UHGV virus genome: UHGV-1063980
Length of the DNA: 34,182 nt
Source of the DNA: a virus
Strand: one strand, 5' to 3'
Shown: positions 15,885-24,182 of the stretch, piece after piece
Layout of the letters: each line of letters begins with the position of its first letter
Position numbering within the stretch: the stretch's first letter is position 1
Made by a program: the position numbers and the translations under genes
Notes under the pieces: generated by a model
Databases searched by the model: none
What the model saw: only the letters and a program-made list of their open reading frames with translations
What the model was told of the DNA's origin: nothing

Positions 15885-16656
15885 GCTACATCTTTTCGCG
15901 GGCGCTGGTGGAGGCATACTTGGCAGCGAACTGCTCGGAATCCGCACCATCTGCGCCGTCGAACTCGAACCCTATCCCGCAAGCGTACTGCTCGCCCGGC
16001 AAAATGACGGCCTTCTCCCGCCTTTCCCGGTTTGGGATGACGTATGCACCTTTGACGGACGACCATGGCGCGGTATTGTTGACGTGGTATCTGGAGGCTT
16101 CCCGTGCCAGGACATCAGCGTTTCCGGAAAAAGAAAAGGACTGGAAGGGGCAAGAAGCGGATTGTGGTCAGAAATGGCGCGAATCATTTGCGAAGTTCGA
16201 CCGAGATTCGCATTCGTGGAAAATTCCCCAAACCTTACCAGGATGGGACTTGACCGTGTCCTCGGAGACTTGGCCGAAATGGGGTACGATGCGGAATGGT
16301 GTGTGCTGGGATCTGATGCCATTGGATTACCCCATCGTCGCGCCAGATTATGGCTTCTTGCCCACGATGCGCGCATGTATCGCCAAACATGGCCTGTGCT
16401 GGAAGAGAGCGGAGGAAGGCAAACCGAAAGGGAATTTGGAAGATTACCTGGCATATCTCTATGTCAAAAACGGTGGGAAGCGAGTCAGGGGCATGTGCGT
16501 GTCAGCGTCTTTCGGCGGCCTGATGATGGGATGGCCGCAGAAGTGGACGAGCTTAAAGCCCTTGGCAATGGGCAAGTACCTGCTGTGGCGGCAACTGCAT
16601 TCCGGGTTCTGCTCGGCAGAATCATGAAAAACAACCCCCAACTGACGCTTTTTTGA
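15877..16656 (+). CDS. DNA (cytosine-5) methyltransferase, compact orphan
   Basis: Motif I LHLFAGAGGG, motif IV GGFPCQDIS, motif VI ENSPNL, motif VIII HRRARLWLLA, motif X ALGNGQVPAVAATAF. GTG start at 15877 (TTG at 15862 is the alternative). The overlapping frame 15881..16627 has no motifs. Confidence 0.85.
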   Translation: MNELHLFAGAGGGILGSELLGIRTICAVELEPYPASVLLARQNDGLLPPFPVWDDVCTFDGRPWRGIVDVVSGGFPCQDISVSGKRKGLEGARSGLWSEMARIICEVRPRFAFVENSPNLTRMGLDRVLGDLAEMGYDAEWCVLGSDAIGLPHRRARLWLLAHDARMYRQTWPVLEESGGRQTEREFGRLPGISLCQKRWEASQGHVRVSVFRRPDDGMAAEVDELKALGNGQVPAVAATAFRVLLGRIMKNNPQLTLF

Positions 16657-16657
16657 T

Positions 16658-17707
16658 ATGGAATATATGAACATACCAACAGCTTTGTTTTCCAGCCCTG
16701 AATTCATCGGGGCCGAACCCGTTCAGCGCGCTACCTGGATTGCTTTGTTGGCCTGGTGCTGCACTCAGGAGAACGGCGGCGTTATTGAGGGCTGCCGAAC
16801 CTGGGGTATGCGCCGCTGGATGCAGACTTGCGGCGTGATGGATAAGGAGGTTATGGCCGGCGGGGAGCTTTATCATTTTGTCGGTGATGATCTTGTTGTC
16901 TTCGGCTATCCCGGAGGCGTACAGGAGTTGCTTGAGAGGAAGCGGGTTATTGCCCGTGAGAATGGCAAGCTTGGCGGGCGGCCCAGGAAAACCAACGCAG
17001 GAACCGACATGGAAACCGAAGAGAAACCTACGTCGGTTAATTCGGAAACCAACGTAGGAACCGAAATAGGAACCAACGTAGGGGCCAACGTCCAAAACCG
17101 GAAGAAAGAAAGGAAGGAAGAAAGGAAGGAAGAAAGAAATATGGGGGGAGAAATTTCTACGGTGGACAGTACACCGGGGGAAGAGCCGTCCACTGCTCCT
17201 GCGCTGCCTGCCTCCCCTATCCCGAACCGGGAACGCTTGAACGATGTCCGGGGGATGCGCTGCGCCGACAACCATGCAGACCTGGGATCTTCTCCCGGTG
17301 CTGCCCGGTTTGTGGTTGCCACCCTTGCAATCAACCCATCCTGGTCCCGGACTTTGCCAACCGCCCTTGAGCAGGCCGCCGCGCTTGAGGCGTACCGGTC
17401 CGCGCAGGGCCGGGTGACGCCGCGGGATATGGAGATGCTCAAGGATTACTACGCCAGCGGCTTGACTCATGACCGGAGCAATAAGGCTTTTTGGAGGCCA
17501 GACAGCAGGCGCAAGTTCTGGGAGTGCTTCGGCGACGTTTTGACGCATGCCGACAGGTGGGCTAAGGAGACGCGTTGGAAGCCGGCAGCATCCCGCAAGA
17601 AACCGAAACCCGAAGAACTACGGCAGCCGGAAGGGCCCGTTGTGGATGTCGCGGACGCTGCGGCGGAGATCGCATCTCTGCGGGAGGAAATGGGACTGGG
17701 AGGATGA
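16658..17707 (+). CDS. DUF1376-like phage protein with AT-hook-like GGRPRK and a K/E-rich linker
   Basis: N-terminal domain pattern (ATWIALLAWCCTQENGGVIEG ... ELYHFVGDDLVVF ... ERKRVIARENGKLGGRPRKT) resembles DUF1376. Contains an in-frame 12-bp purine repeat. Confidence 0.5.
   Translation: MEYMNIPTALFSSPEFIGAEPVQRATWIALLAWCCTQENGGVIEGCRTWGMRRWMQTCGVMDKEVMAGGELYHFVGDDLVVFGYPGGVQELLERKRVIARENGKLGGRPRKTNAGTDMETEEKPTSVNSETNVGTEIGTNVGANVQNRKKERKEERKEERNMGGEISTVDSTPGEEPSTAPALPASPIPNRERLNDVRGMRCADNHADLGSSPGAARFVVATLAINPSWSRTLPTALEQAAALEAYRSAQGRVTPRDMEMLKDYYASGLTHDRSNKAFWRPDSRRKFWECFGDVLTHADRWAKETRWKPAASRKKPKPEELRQPEGPVVDVADAAAEIASLREEMGLGG
17101..17139 (+). repeat. 12-bp tandem purine repeat (GAAAGGAAGGAA x2 plus partial copies) within a 44-nt homopurine tract
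   Basis: 17108-17119 and 17120-17131 are identical. Encodes KKERKEERKEER in the DUF1376-like gene. Confidence 0.8.
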
Positions 17708-17740
17708 AGGATAAGCGACTGTATCCACCTTGAATCTTGA

Positions 17741-18289
17741 TTCCGTTTCCTTGAACCAGTAAACTTCAACCGCAGGAAAAAGAAAGCATCACCCACAACC
17801 AAAAGAAAGCCGGGGAGGCCGAGCCTCTACACCGAGGATTTAGCCCAGGAGATAGCCGTGCGGCTAGCCAATGGCGAAACCATGAAAGCCATCTGCGCCG
17901 ACAACCACATGCCGGACGTCTGGACAGTCTGGAACTGGCGGCAAACCAGGCCGGAGTTTTACCAACTTATTCAACGCGCGCGGGAAGCTCAGTCGGAAGC
18001 CATGCTTGACGCCTGTCAGGAGCTGGCCGACGAGGCCGCGAAAGTCGCCCTCGACCCGGAATGCGGCTCCGCCGCCGTCGCCGCCAAAAAGCTGGCCATC
18101 GAAACGCGGTTGAAAGTCGCCGCCCGATTCGCGCCGGAAAAATTCGGCGACCGGGTCCGTCAGGATGTCGCCGGCGTTCCCGGCGCGCCGCTGGAACGGA
18201 AAATCACCCTGGACCCCGAGCAGCTGGCCCAGCTGCAGGAAGACGAGAAAACCGCGCTGGAAACCATCGCCGGCAAACTCCACGCTTAA
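17741..18289 (+). CDS. terS: Terminase small subunit; start codon unresolved
   Basis: KRKPGRPSLYTEDLAQEIAVRLANGETMKAICADNHMPDVWTVWNW ... RLKVAARFAPEKFGDR matches the HTH-type small terminase pattern GRP..YT.ELA..IC..LA.GESL..IC ... RKWLL.K..PKKYGD. The frame is open from 17741 (after the TGA at 17738-17740). The first canonical start is GTG 17858, which lies inside the conserved HTH. Confidence 0.75.
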   Translation, partial: FRFLEPVNFNRRKKKASPTTKRKPGRPSLYTEDLAQEIAVRLANGETMKAICADNHMPDVWTVWNWRQTRPEFYQLIQRAREAQSEAMLDACQELADEAAKVALDPECGSAAVAAKKLAIETRLKVAARFAPEKFGDRVRQDVAGVPGAPLERKITLDPEQLAQLQEDEKTALETIAGKLHA

Positions 18290-18361
18290 CAGACCAGGAC
18301 ACGCCTCCCCGTCAGCTTCTTCCTCCGCCATGTCCTCCGCCTGGATCCCTATCCCTGGCAG

Positions 18362-19669
18362 GTGGAGGCCATCAAGGCGTTGTCCCTCGGCAAGCTGACC
18401 CTGGGAGGGAAAAGCGTGGCTCTGGTCGCCCCCAACGGATCCGGCAAGACGAGCAACTGCATTGCTCCGGCCATCCTGTACTTCCTCACCTGCTTCCCGC
18501 GGGGTCAGGTGCCGGTTACGTCGTCGTCGTGGATGCAGGTGGAAAAGCAGCTCTTTCCCGCGCTCCGCCGCTACATGGACAATCCCTTCTTTGACGGCTG
18601 GACATTCAACAAAACCGAGATTCGCACGCCGGAGGGAGGCTTTGCCGTGGGCTTCTCGACCGACAACGCCGGCCGCGCGGAAGGATGGCACCCGAAAATC
18701 TCGCCCGACGTGGACCCCGTCTTTTACGTCCTCGACGAGGCTAAAACCATCCCGGACTCCATCTTCACCGCCGTTTCCCGCTGCACGCTCTTCCACGCGT
18801 TCATTACCTCGTCACCTGGGGCCGATTCCGGCACCTTCTACGACTGCTTCCACAAAAATTCATCCCTCTACTACAAGATCCGCGTCAAATACGAGGATTG
18901 CCCCCACATTGAGATCAATGACCCGGGCAAGGCCGAGCGCCTGAAAAAAGAATACGGCGAGCAGTCCTCCTTCTACCGCTCCGCCATCCTCGGCGAATTC
19001 ACCGACCTCGACGGTCAGTCCGTCATTCCCCGGCGCGCCCTCATGGATCTGGTCAACAACCCGCCTCCCTTTCTGGACACCGGGGAGACCTGCGGCGGCT
19101 TCGACTTCGCGGCCGGAGGCGACGAAAACGTCTTCGCGGCCGGGCAGGGCAACCGATTCTTCATCGCCGACCACTGGTCGGACCCGGACACCGTAGGAGC
19201 GCGCGGACGGTTCCGCCGCAGGGCGTCCGAACTCGGCATCCCCGCCGACCGCATTTACGCGGACGGAGACGGCCTTGGACTACCCATCATTGACGACTTC
19301 CGCGCCGAGGGCTTCCCGGTGCACTCCTACCGGGGCGGTTTCCCGGCAGACGATACGCAGGCCTTTGTCAACCTCCGCGCCCAGGCGTGGCGGGCCCTGG
19401 CACGCGCCATCGAAGAAAAAGAGATCATCCTCGACATTGACGAGGACACGATCGAGCAGCTGGTAGCGCCCCGGCTCCAAACCGACGCGATCGGCCGCGT
19501 CAAAATCGAAAGCAAGGAAGACATGGCGAAACGGGGCGTCCGTTCTCCCGACCGCGCCGACGCCCTCGTCATGGCCTGGCACGCGCGCCGGCACAGCGGA
19601 CTGGCCCGGACGCTGGGAGCCTGGTACTCGCGCCCCGTGTCATCCAAACGATCCATCGGGAGATATTAG
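18362..19669 (+). CDS. terL: Terminase large subunit
   Basis: Walker A VAPNGSGKT and Walker B VFYVLDEA, with a nuclease-like C-terminal half. GTG at 18362. The upstream in-frame LDPYPWQ (from 18341) may belong to the protein. Confidence 0.85.
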   Translation: MEAIKALSLGKLTLGGKSVALVAPNGSGKTSNCIAPAILYFLTCFPRGQVPVTSSSWMQVEKQLFPALRRYMDNPFFDGWTFNKTEIRTPEGGFAVGFSTDNAGRAEGWHPKISPDVDPVFYVLDEAKTIPDSIFTAVSRCTLFHAFITSSPGADSGTFYDCFHKNSSLYYKIRVKYEDCPHIEINDPGKAERLKKEYGEQSSFYRSAILGEFTDLDGQSVIPRRALMDLVNNPPPFLDTGETCGGFDFAAGGDENVFAAGQGNRFFIADHWSDPDTVGARGRFRRRASELGIPADRIYADGDGLGLPIIDDFRAEGFPVHSYRGGFPADDTQAFVNLRAQAWRALARAIEEKEIILDIDEDTIEQLVAPRLQTDAIGRVKIESKEDMAKRGVRSPDRADALVMAWHARRHSGLARTLGAWYSRPVSSKRSIGRY

Positions 19670-19697
19670 AGTTGACAATATATCAACATATCCGTAT

Positions 19698-21179
19698 ATG
19701 ACGATATGTAATCAATCGCAGGGTGGTGAAACGGTATCACGCGGGGTTCCTGTCCCCGAGTCGAAAGTCCAACTCTTTCCCCTGCAACCACCATTTTTCT
19801 TTTGTTTCCGGCTCAGGTTCAACGCATTAAAAAATATTCTCAACGCTCCGAAGCTGGTCGCCCAACAGGAGACCAGAATCAAGGAGCTGGAGACAGACCT
19901 CGCCCGGAGAGCCCTGACGGAACAAAGCCGGCAGCCCAACCGTCCCCAATGGTACGAGTACTGGGACCCGCTGCAGGGTGCCGACTTGAGCACTCTTGTG
20001 GAGGCCAGGAATGAAGCCAGGCGGGGAGCCTTTGCCCGGCAAATGCTGATCTGGGATGAAATCATTTATTCGGACGGCCTTCTGGGCATGCTCTACTCCC
20101 GCTTGATCGAAAGCGTCGCCATGCAGGGCTGGAAGATTGACGCCGCGGACGACAGCCCGGAGGCCCAGCGACAGAAAAACGCCCTGGAAGAATTCTACCA
20201 CTCTGTCAACGGGTTGCAGCAATCTTTTGGACAGCTGGCTTCCGCTATGTTTTATGGATACGCGCACCTCCAATACATCGAGGATTCCTGGGGCCGCCGC
20301 TTTGAATTCATCCCACAGCGCTATTGGGTGCGGCCGGGAGTGTTGAATGAGTGGCAGTTCAACCCACAGTGCTATATCGGCGTCGACACCGGGGAGAGCG
20401 TGGAAGACGAAACGCTCGTCGTGATGGAACACCAGTATCCCATCCTGTTCCCGGCAGCCCGCGCCTCCTTTGAGCGCAACCACGCAAAGATAACGTGGGA
20501 CAACCACATGGACCGCTACGGAAGCGCCCCGGTCATCATCACCGCCCCAAAGGACGCGAGCGCCGCCGTCATGGACGCGCTGGAACGGGCCTGCGAACAG
20601 CTTAAATCAGGCGCCTCCATCGTGCTGCCTCCTGACTGCAAAGCGGAACCGCTCAAGGCGTCCAACATCAACGAAAACTATTTTCTCTCGCGCATCAATA
20701 TGGCCGACAAAGACCAGGTGCGTTTTGTGATGGCCGGAACCCTGACCGTCCTGAACGAATCAGGATCCGGCACGCTGGCCGGGTCCGCCCATACGGACAG
20801 CTGGAATGCGGTGGTCTCCGCCGTCTGCTCCAAAGTGGCGGAAGCGTTCAACACCGCCATCAGCCCGCTTATATTGGGAGACGGCGAACCGCTGGCCCGC
20901 CTCCACATCACCTTTGACACCGTCCAGACGCCCCTGCAAAAGGCCGAGGAAATCGCCGCCCTTGCGGACGGAGGCGTCCGTCCGGAGAAAACCGAAATCG
21001 AAGAAAAGATCGGCATGTCGATCGAGGACTCGAGGGAACCCGTGTCGGCGACGTCGGCAACCAACAGGGAGTCGGGAGCCTCCCTCATTCCGACCGACGC
21101 CTACGAACAGCTGCAGCAGATGATTTACGCCGGCCTCATGAAAGGATTTACCGATGATCAGTTCCAGACAAATAAATGA
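19698..21179 (+). CDS. Portal protein, Mu gp29-like (DUF935)
   Basis: LSTLVEARNEARRGAFARQMLIWDEIIYSDGLLGMLYSRLIESVAMQGWKI aligns by eye with the DUF935 N-terminal consensus. The size (about 490 aa) and position after terL fit. The first ~50 codons look non-protein-like, so the true start may be internal. Confidence 0.7.
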   Translation: MTICNQSQGGETVSRGVPVPESKVQLFPLQPPFFFCFRLRFNALKNILNAPKLVAQQETRIKELETDLARRALTEQSRQPNRPQWYEYWDPLQGADLSTLVEARNEARRGAFARQMLIWDEIIYSDGLLGMLYSRLIESVAMQGWKIDAADDSPEAQRQKNALEEFYHSVNGLQQSFGQLASAMFYGYAHLQYIEDSWGRRFEFIPQRYWVRPGVLNEWQFNPQCYIGVDTGESVEDETLVVMEHQYPILFPAARASFERNHAKITWDNHMDRYGSAPVIITAPKDASAAVMDALERACEQLKSGASIVLPPDCKAEPLKASNINENYFLSRINMADKDQVRFVMAGTLTVLNESGSGTLAGSAHTDSWNAVVSAVCSKVAEAFNTAISPLILGDGEPLARLHITFDTVQTPLQKAEEIAALADGGVRPEKTEIEEKIGMSIEDSREPVSATSATNRESGASLIPTDAYEQLQQMIYAGLMKGFTDDQFQTNK

Positions 21180-22269
21180 CCTGTCCAGGCCCGCCAACGG
21201 CTGGTTCCACGTTGAAAAAAGCGGGGACCATGACGTCGACTACGGCGAAGGCCCCGCCGTGCTGCGCATCGACGAGCAGGCGATCAGGGACATGGTGGAC
21301 GACTTCAACGCCCGCACCTTTGACGGCCCCGGCATGCTCATCGACGGCGACCACCTGAGCCACGACCTTTCCCGCGATACGCGGGCGCTCGGATGGCTCA
21401 AGAAGCTGGACACCTACCGAGACCCTTCCGGCACGCTGGAACTGTACGGGTTCATCGAATGGACGCCGCGCGGACTGAAGATGCTGGAGGACAAAGAATA
21501 CACGCAATCCTCCACGGAATACGGCGACGGGATGTCCTTCAAAGACGGCGTTTATCGCCCGTCACGGCTGACCGGATTTGCCCTGACCAACCGCCCCCGA
21601 ATCAAGGGCAAGCGGCCGCTGGTCAATCGACAGACTTCCCCCGCCTCTGACGAGGCCGGGGGCGACACCAAAAGCCCCACCGAAGAGGGGGAAACAAACC
21701 AGAAAACTAATATGGACAACGACGATAGAGAATATCCGTCCAAGGAAATGGACAAGGCCCAGCGGGCCCTGTTCGATTCCCTGCTTGACAAGCTGGATGT
21801 CGAATTTGACGGCACCGACGACATGAGCAGGGCTATCCTCGGACGCCTTGACGAACTGCTCTCGCTGGAAAAGCGTGAGAAAGACCACGTGAACGCCGAA
21901 GTGGACGACGCCGTCAGCACGTACGAAAACGCGCTGGACGAAGAAGAACGCGAGGAATTCACGGAAGAACGCCGGGAAGAGCTGAAAAACTCTCTCCGGG
22001 AAAGCCCCGCCGCGCTGGACGCCTTTGTCAGGGCGCTCAACCGCCAGACTCAACCCAGGGACAAAGAGGAGACGGAAAAGAAAGAGCTGCCGAAAAGGCA
22101 GCCCCTGAACCGCCGCGCTACCCTCACGCCTCCCAACCCGTTCCGCAAGAAGGAATCCATCGACGGATTCCAAAACCGCGTGAACGAACTGATGAAGGGA
22201 GGCATGGAACGCTACGAAGCCTTCCAGAAAGCCACTGAGGAAGGATACATCGTCACCTCCGAACGCTAA
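21154..22269 (+). CDS. Mu gpI-like prohead protease fused to an acidic scaffold-like C-terminal region
   Basis: NGWFHVEKSGDH ... LIDGDHLSH ... ALGWLKKL ... GTLELYGFIEWTPRGLKML ... YTQSSTEY matches the Mu protein I family. The C-terminus is a D/E-rich coiled coil. Confidence 0.8.
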   Translation: MISSRQINDLSRPANGWFHVEKSGDHDVDYGEGPAVLRIDEQAIRDMVDDFNARTFDGPGMLIDGDHLSHDLSRDTRALGWLKKLDTYRDPSGTLELYGFIEWTPRGLKMLEDKEYTQSSTEYGDGMSFKDGVYRPSRLTGFALTNRPRIKGKRPLVNRQTSPASDEAGGDTKSPTEEGETNQKTNMDNDDREYPSKEMDKAQRALFDSLLDKLDVEFDGTDDMSRAILGRLDELLSLEKREKDHVNAEVDDAVSTYENALDEEEREEFTEERREELKNSLRESPAALDAFVRALNRQTQPRDKEETEKKELPKRQPLNRRATLTPPNPFRKKESIDGFQNRVNELMKGGMERYEAFQKATEEGYIVTSER

Positions 22270-22290
22270 CCATCAACCTGATCAAAACCA

Positions 22291-22722
22291 ATGCCATCAA
22301 TCAACGTAACACAGAAAAGCGCCATCGTCTATTTCAACGCCCCGGAAGGCGTTGACCTGTGCGGACAGGAAGGAACCGTCGTGGCGCTGACCGCCAGTCC
22401 CGACATTCCTGAATTTGTAGGAACGCCGTTGTCCGCCATTCCCACACAGACGCAGCTGCTCGGCGTGGTCCTGCAGGCCCAGCCCAACCAGGGAACCTGC
22501 GTGGCCGCCCTCGTCGGCATCTACTCCGGCTTGATTAAAGCCGCCTTGTCCGACACACCCGGAACAATCAATGCCGGAACCCCCGTGACCATCACGGCCA
22601 ACGGGACCTGGAAGGCCGCCGCCAGCGGCGACACCGTCTACGCACGTGTCATTCACGCCCAGTGGGAACAGGGCCTTGTGGAAATCGGCTTTGTACCCTC
22701 CTACCAGGTCGCGGCAGCTTAA
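22291..22722 (+). CDS. Small Gly/Ala/Thr-rich structural protein (DUF2190-like position between protease and capsid)
   Basis: Composition and position only. Confidence 0.4.
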   Translation: MPSINVTQKSAIVYFNAPEGVDLCGQEGTVVALTASPDIPEFVGTPLSAIPTQTQLLGVVLQAQPNQGTCVAALVGIYSGLIKAALSDTPGTINAGTPVTITANGTWKAAASGDTVYARVIHAQWEQGLVEIGFVPSYQVAAA

Positions 22723-22944
22723 CTCTATTAACCCTAACCAACAGAAAGACCAAGAACAAGGGCTACTCCATTTTGCTCCGCCGTTCAGTTCACCGATGTT
22801 CTTACCGCGTATTCCGCGGGGTCCGGGAACACCGAAGAGAACTCCATCATCAGCCGAATCGCGCCGATTGTCCCGGTCTATGACCTGAACTTCCAGTACA
22901 AGGTCTGGGACACGGAATCGGCCTTCACCGTCCAGCCCATCCAG

Positions 22945-23685
22945 GTGGGACCGGGCGAACCTCCCCGCCAGACCGTTCTGCGCGGCAGGAATGAAACCGA
23001 CACCCTCCAGGGCTACGGCTTAACGCTGCCCATCCCGGACGCCTTGCTGGGCGTCAACCGTGAAAAGGCGCAGGCCATCACCCTGGCGGAATACAAACTC
23101 ATCGAATCGCAGTTTGTGACCTCGTACGAATACGAACGGGCCAAGCTGCTGATGAGCCAGCTTCCGGCCGCTTCCGGCATGGGGGACTGGGCCAACCAGC
23201 AGAAAAACCCGCTGGCGGACCTGGACCAGGCCATCCTGTCCATCAACGCGGCTACCGGCCACATGCCCAATACGATTGTCTTCGGCATCAACGCATGGCA
23301 GCTGCTTCGATCCAACCCGCTCGCGCGGCAGGTGGTTTCCTTCAACAGCGTCGGCCTCTTCAATGAAGACCTGCTCCGCATGGCATTGATACGGCCCATC
23401 CGGGACATTTACGTCGCCTCCATGCCTTACCGCGACGCCTCCGGAGACGCGAAGACGATCATGGAGAATGAAGTCTACGTCCTGTACAAGGAAGACTCAC
23501 CGACGCAGTTTGACGCCTCCGCCGTCAAAACGTTCGGTTTGTCCGGCAAGCTCCGCCGCGAAGTCATCACGGAATACAAGCCGACGCCGGCCGTGACGCT
23601 CGTCACCAACCGGGTTTACTCGCTGACCAAGCTGACCAACCCCGGTGCCATCGTCCGCATCGACGCGACGGCATCCTCCGATTAA
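22945..23685 (+). CDS. Major capsid protein, lambda gpE-like family; N-terminus probably extends upstream
   Basis: NTIVFGINAWQLLRSNPLARQVV parallels lambda E VNIIVFDPKGWALFRSFKAVKEKL. The frame is open from 22738. Upstream in-frame VQFTDVLTAYSAGS resembles the lambda E N-terminus MSMYTTAQLLAANEQ, but no ATG, GTG or TTG occurs before GTG 22945. Confidence 0.65.
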   Translation: MGPGEPPRQTVLRGRNETDTLQGYGLTLPIPDALLGVNREKAQAITLAEYKLIESQFVTSYEYERAKLLMSQLPAASGMGDWANQQKNPLADLDQAILSINAATGHMPNTIVFGINAWQLLRSNPLARQVVSFNSVGLFNEDLLRMALIRPIRDIYVASMPYRDASGDAKTIMENEVYVLYKEDSPTQFDASAVKTFGLSGKLRREVITEYKPTPAVTLVTNRVYSLTKLTNPGAIVRIDATASSD

Positions 23686-23705
23686 CCCCAACGCCCGCCT
23701 CCATC

Positions 23706-24182
23706 ATGTCCGCCTTTCCCGCCTGGTCCACAATCACCACGGATGAAGCCGACCGCCTTCTCGGCCTCAATACCATGGAGCGCAACGCCCTGGTGAAGGC
23801 CGGGGAGCAGCGCAGCCTGGACTACCAGGGTGTCATGATGGAGGCGGTCAACGATGTCTGCATGACCATCCGCGGGGCGCTGGCCAACAACCTCGCCCTG
23901 CGGCAATCGCTCCAAAACAGCGGCATGTACGACATTCCGCAGAGCATGCGCGCCCTGGCATGGCCGATGATCATCCGTCAGCTCTACCTGCGCTACCAGC
24001 TCAACCTGACCGAAACGCGCCAGAAAGCCGCCGAATCGGCCGACGCGATGCTGGCTCTCTATGCCCGGGGCGACATGCTGCCGGAAAGCGTGGACGGATC
24101 CGCTCCCGCGGACCCCGCCTACATGATGCCGCGCTACACGCGCCGGCCCTGGTTCAACCCGATGCGAAGCACCTACCGATGA
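23706..24182 (+). CDS. Head-tail connector/completion-like protein (DUF1320/Mu gp36-like, tentative)
   Basis: Position after the capsid gene. IRQLYLRYQLNLTE ... AMLALYARGDM loosely fits gp36-like proteins. Confidence 0.4.
   Translation: MSAFPAWSTITTDEADRLLGLNTMERNALVKAGEQRSLDYQGVMMEAVNDVCMTIRGALANNLALRQSLQNSGMYDIPQSMRALAWPMIIRQLYLRYQLNLTETRQKAAESADAMLALYARGDMLPESVDGSAPADPAYMMPRYTRRPWFNPMRSTYR

Noticed and set aside
15881-16627. Alternative + frame ORF overlapping the methyltransferase
   Set aside because: All C5-MTase motifs are in the other frame (15877..16656). This frame encodes no recognisable protein.
18362-22269. Transposable Mu-like phage
   Set aside because: Mu-like portal and protease genes are present, but there is no MuA/MuB-type transposase. 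A tyrosine integrase and RecT/YqaJ are present instead.
23960-24178. Upstream extensions of ORF-track starts (23960, 14294, 15411, 25863, 32781)
   Set aside because: Each is an in-frame extension running into the previous gene. Internal ATGs at ATGA overlaps or after an RBS (24179, 14327, 15492, 25968, 32907) are better starts.
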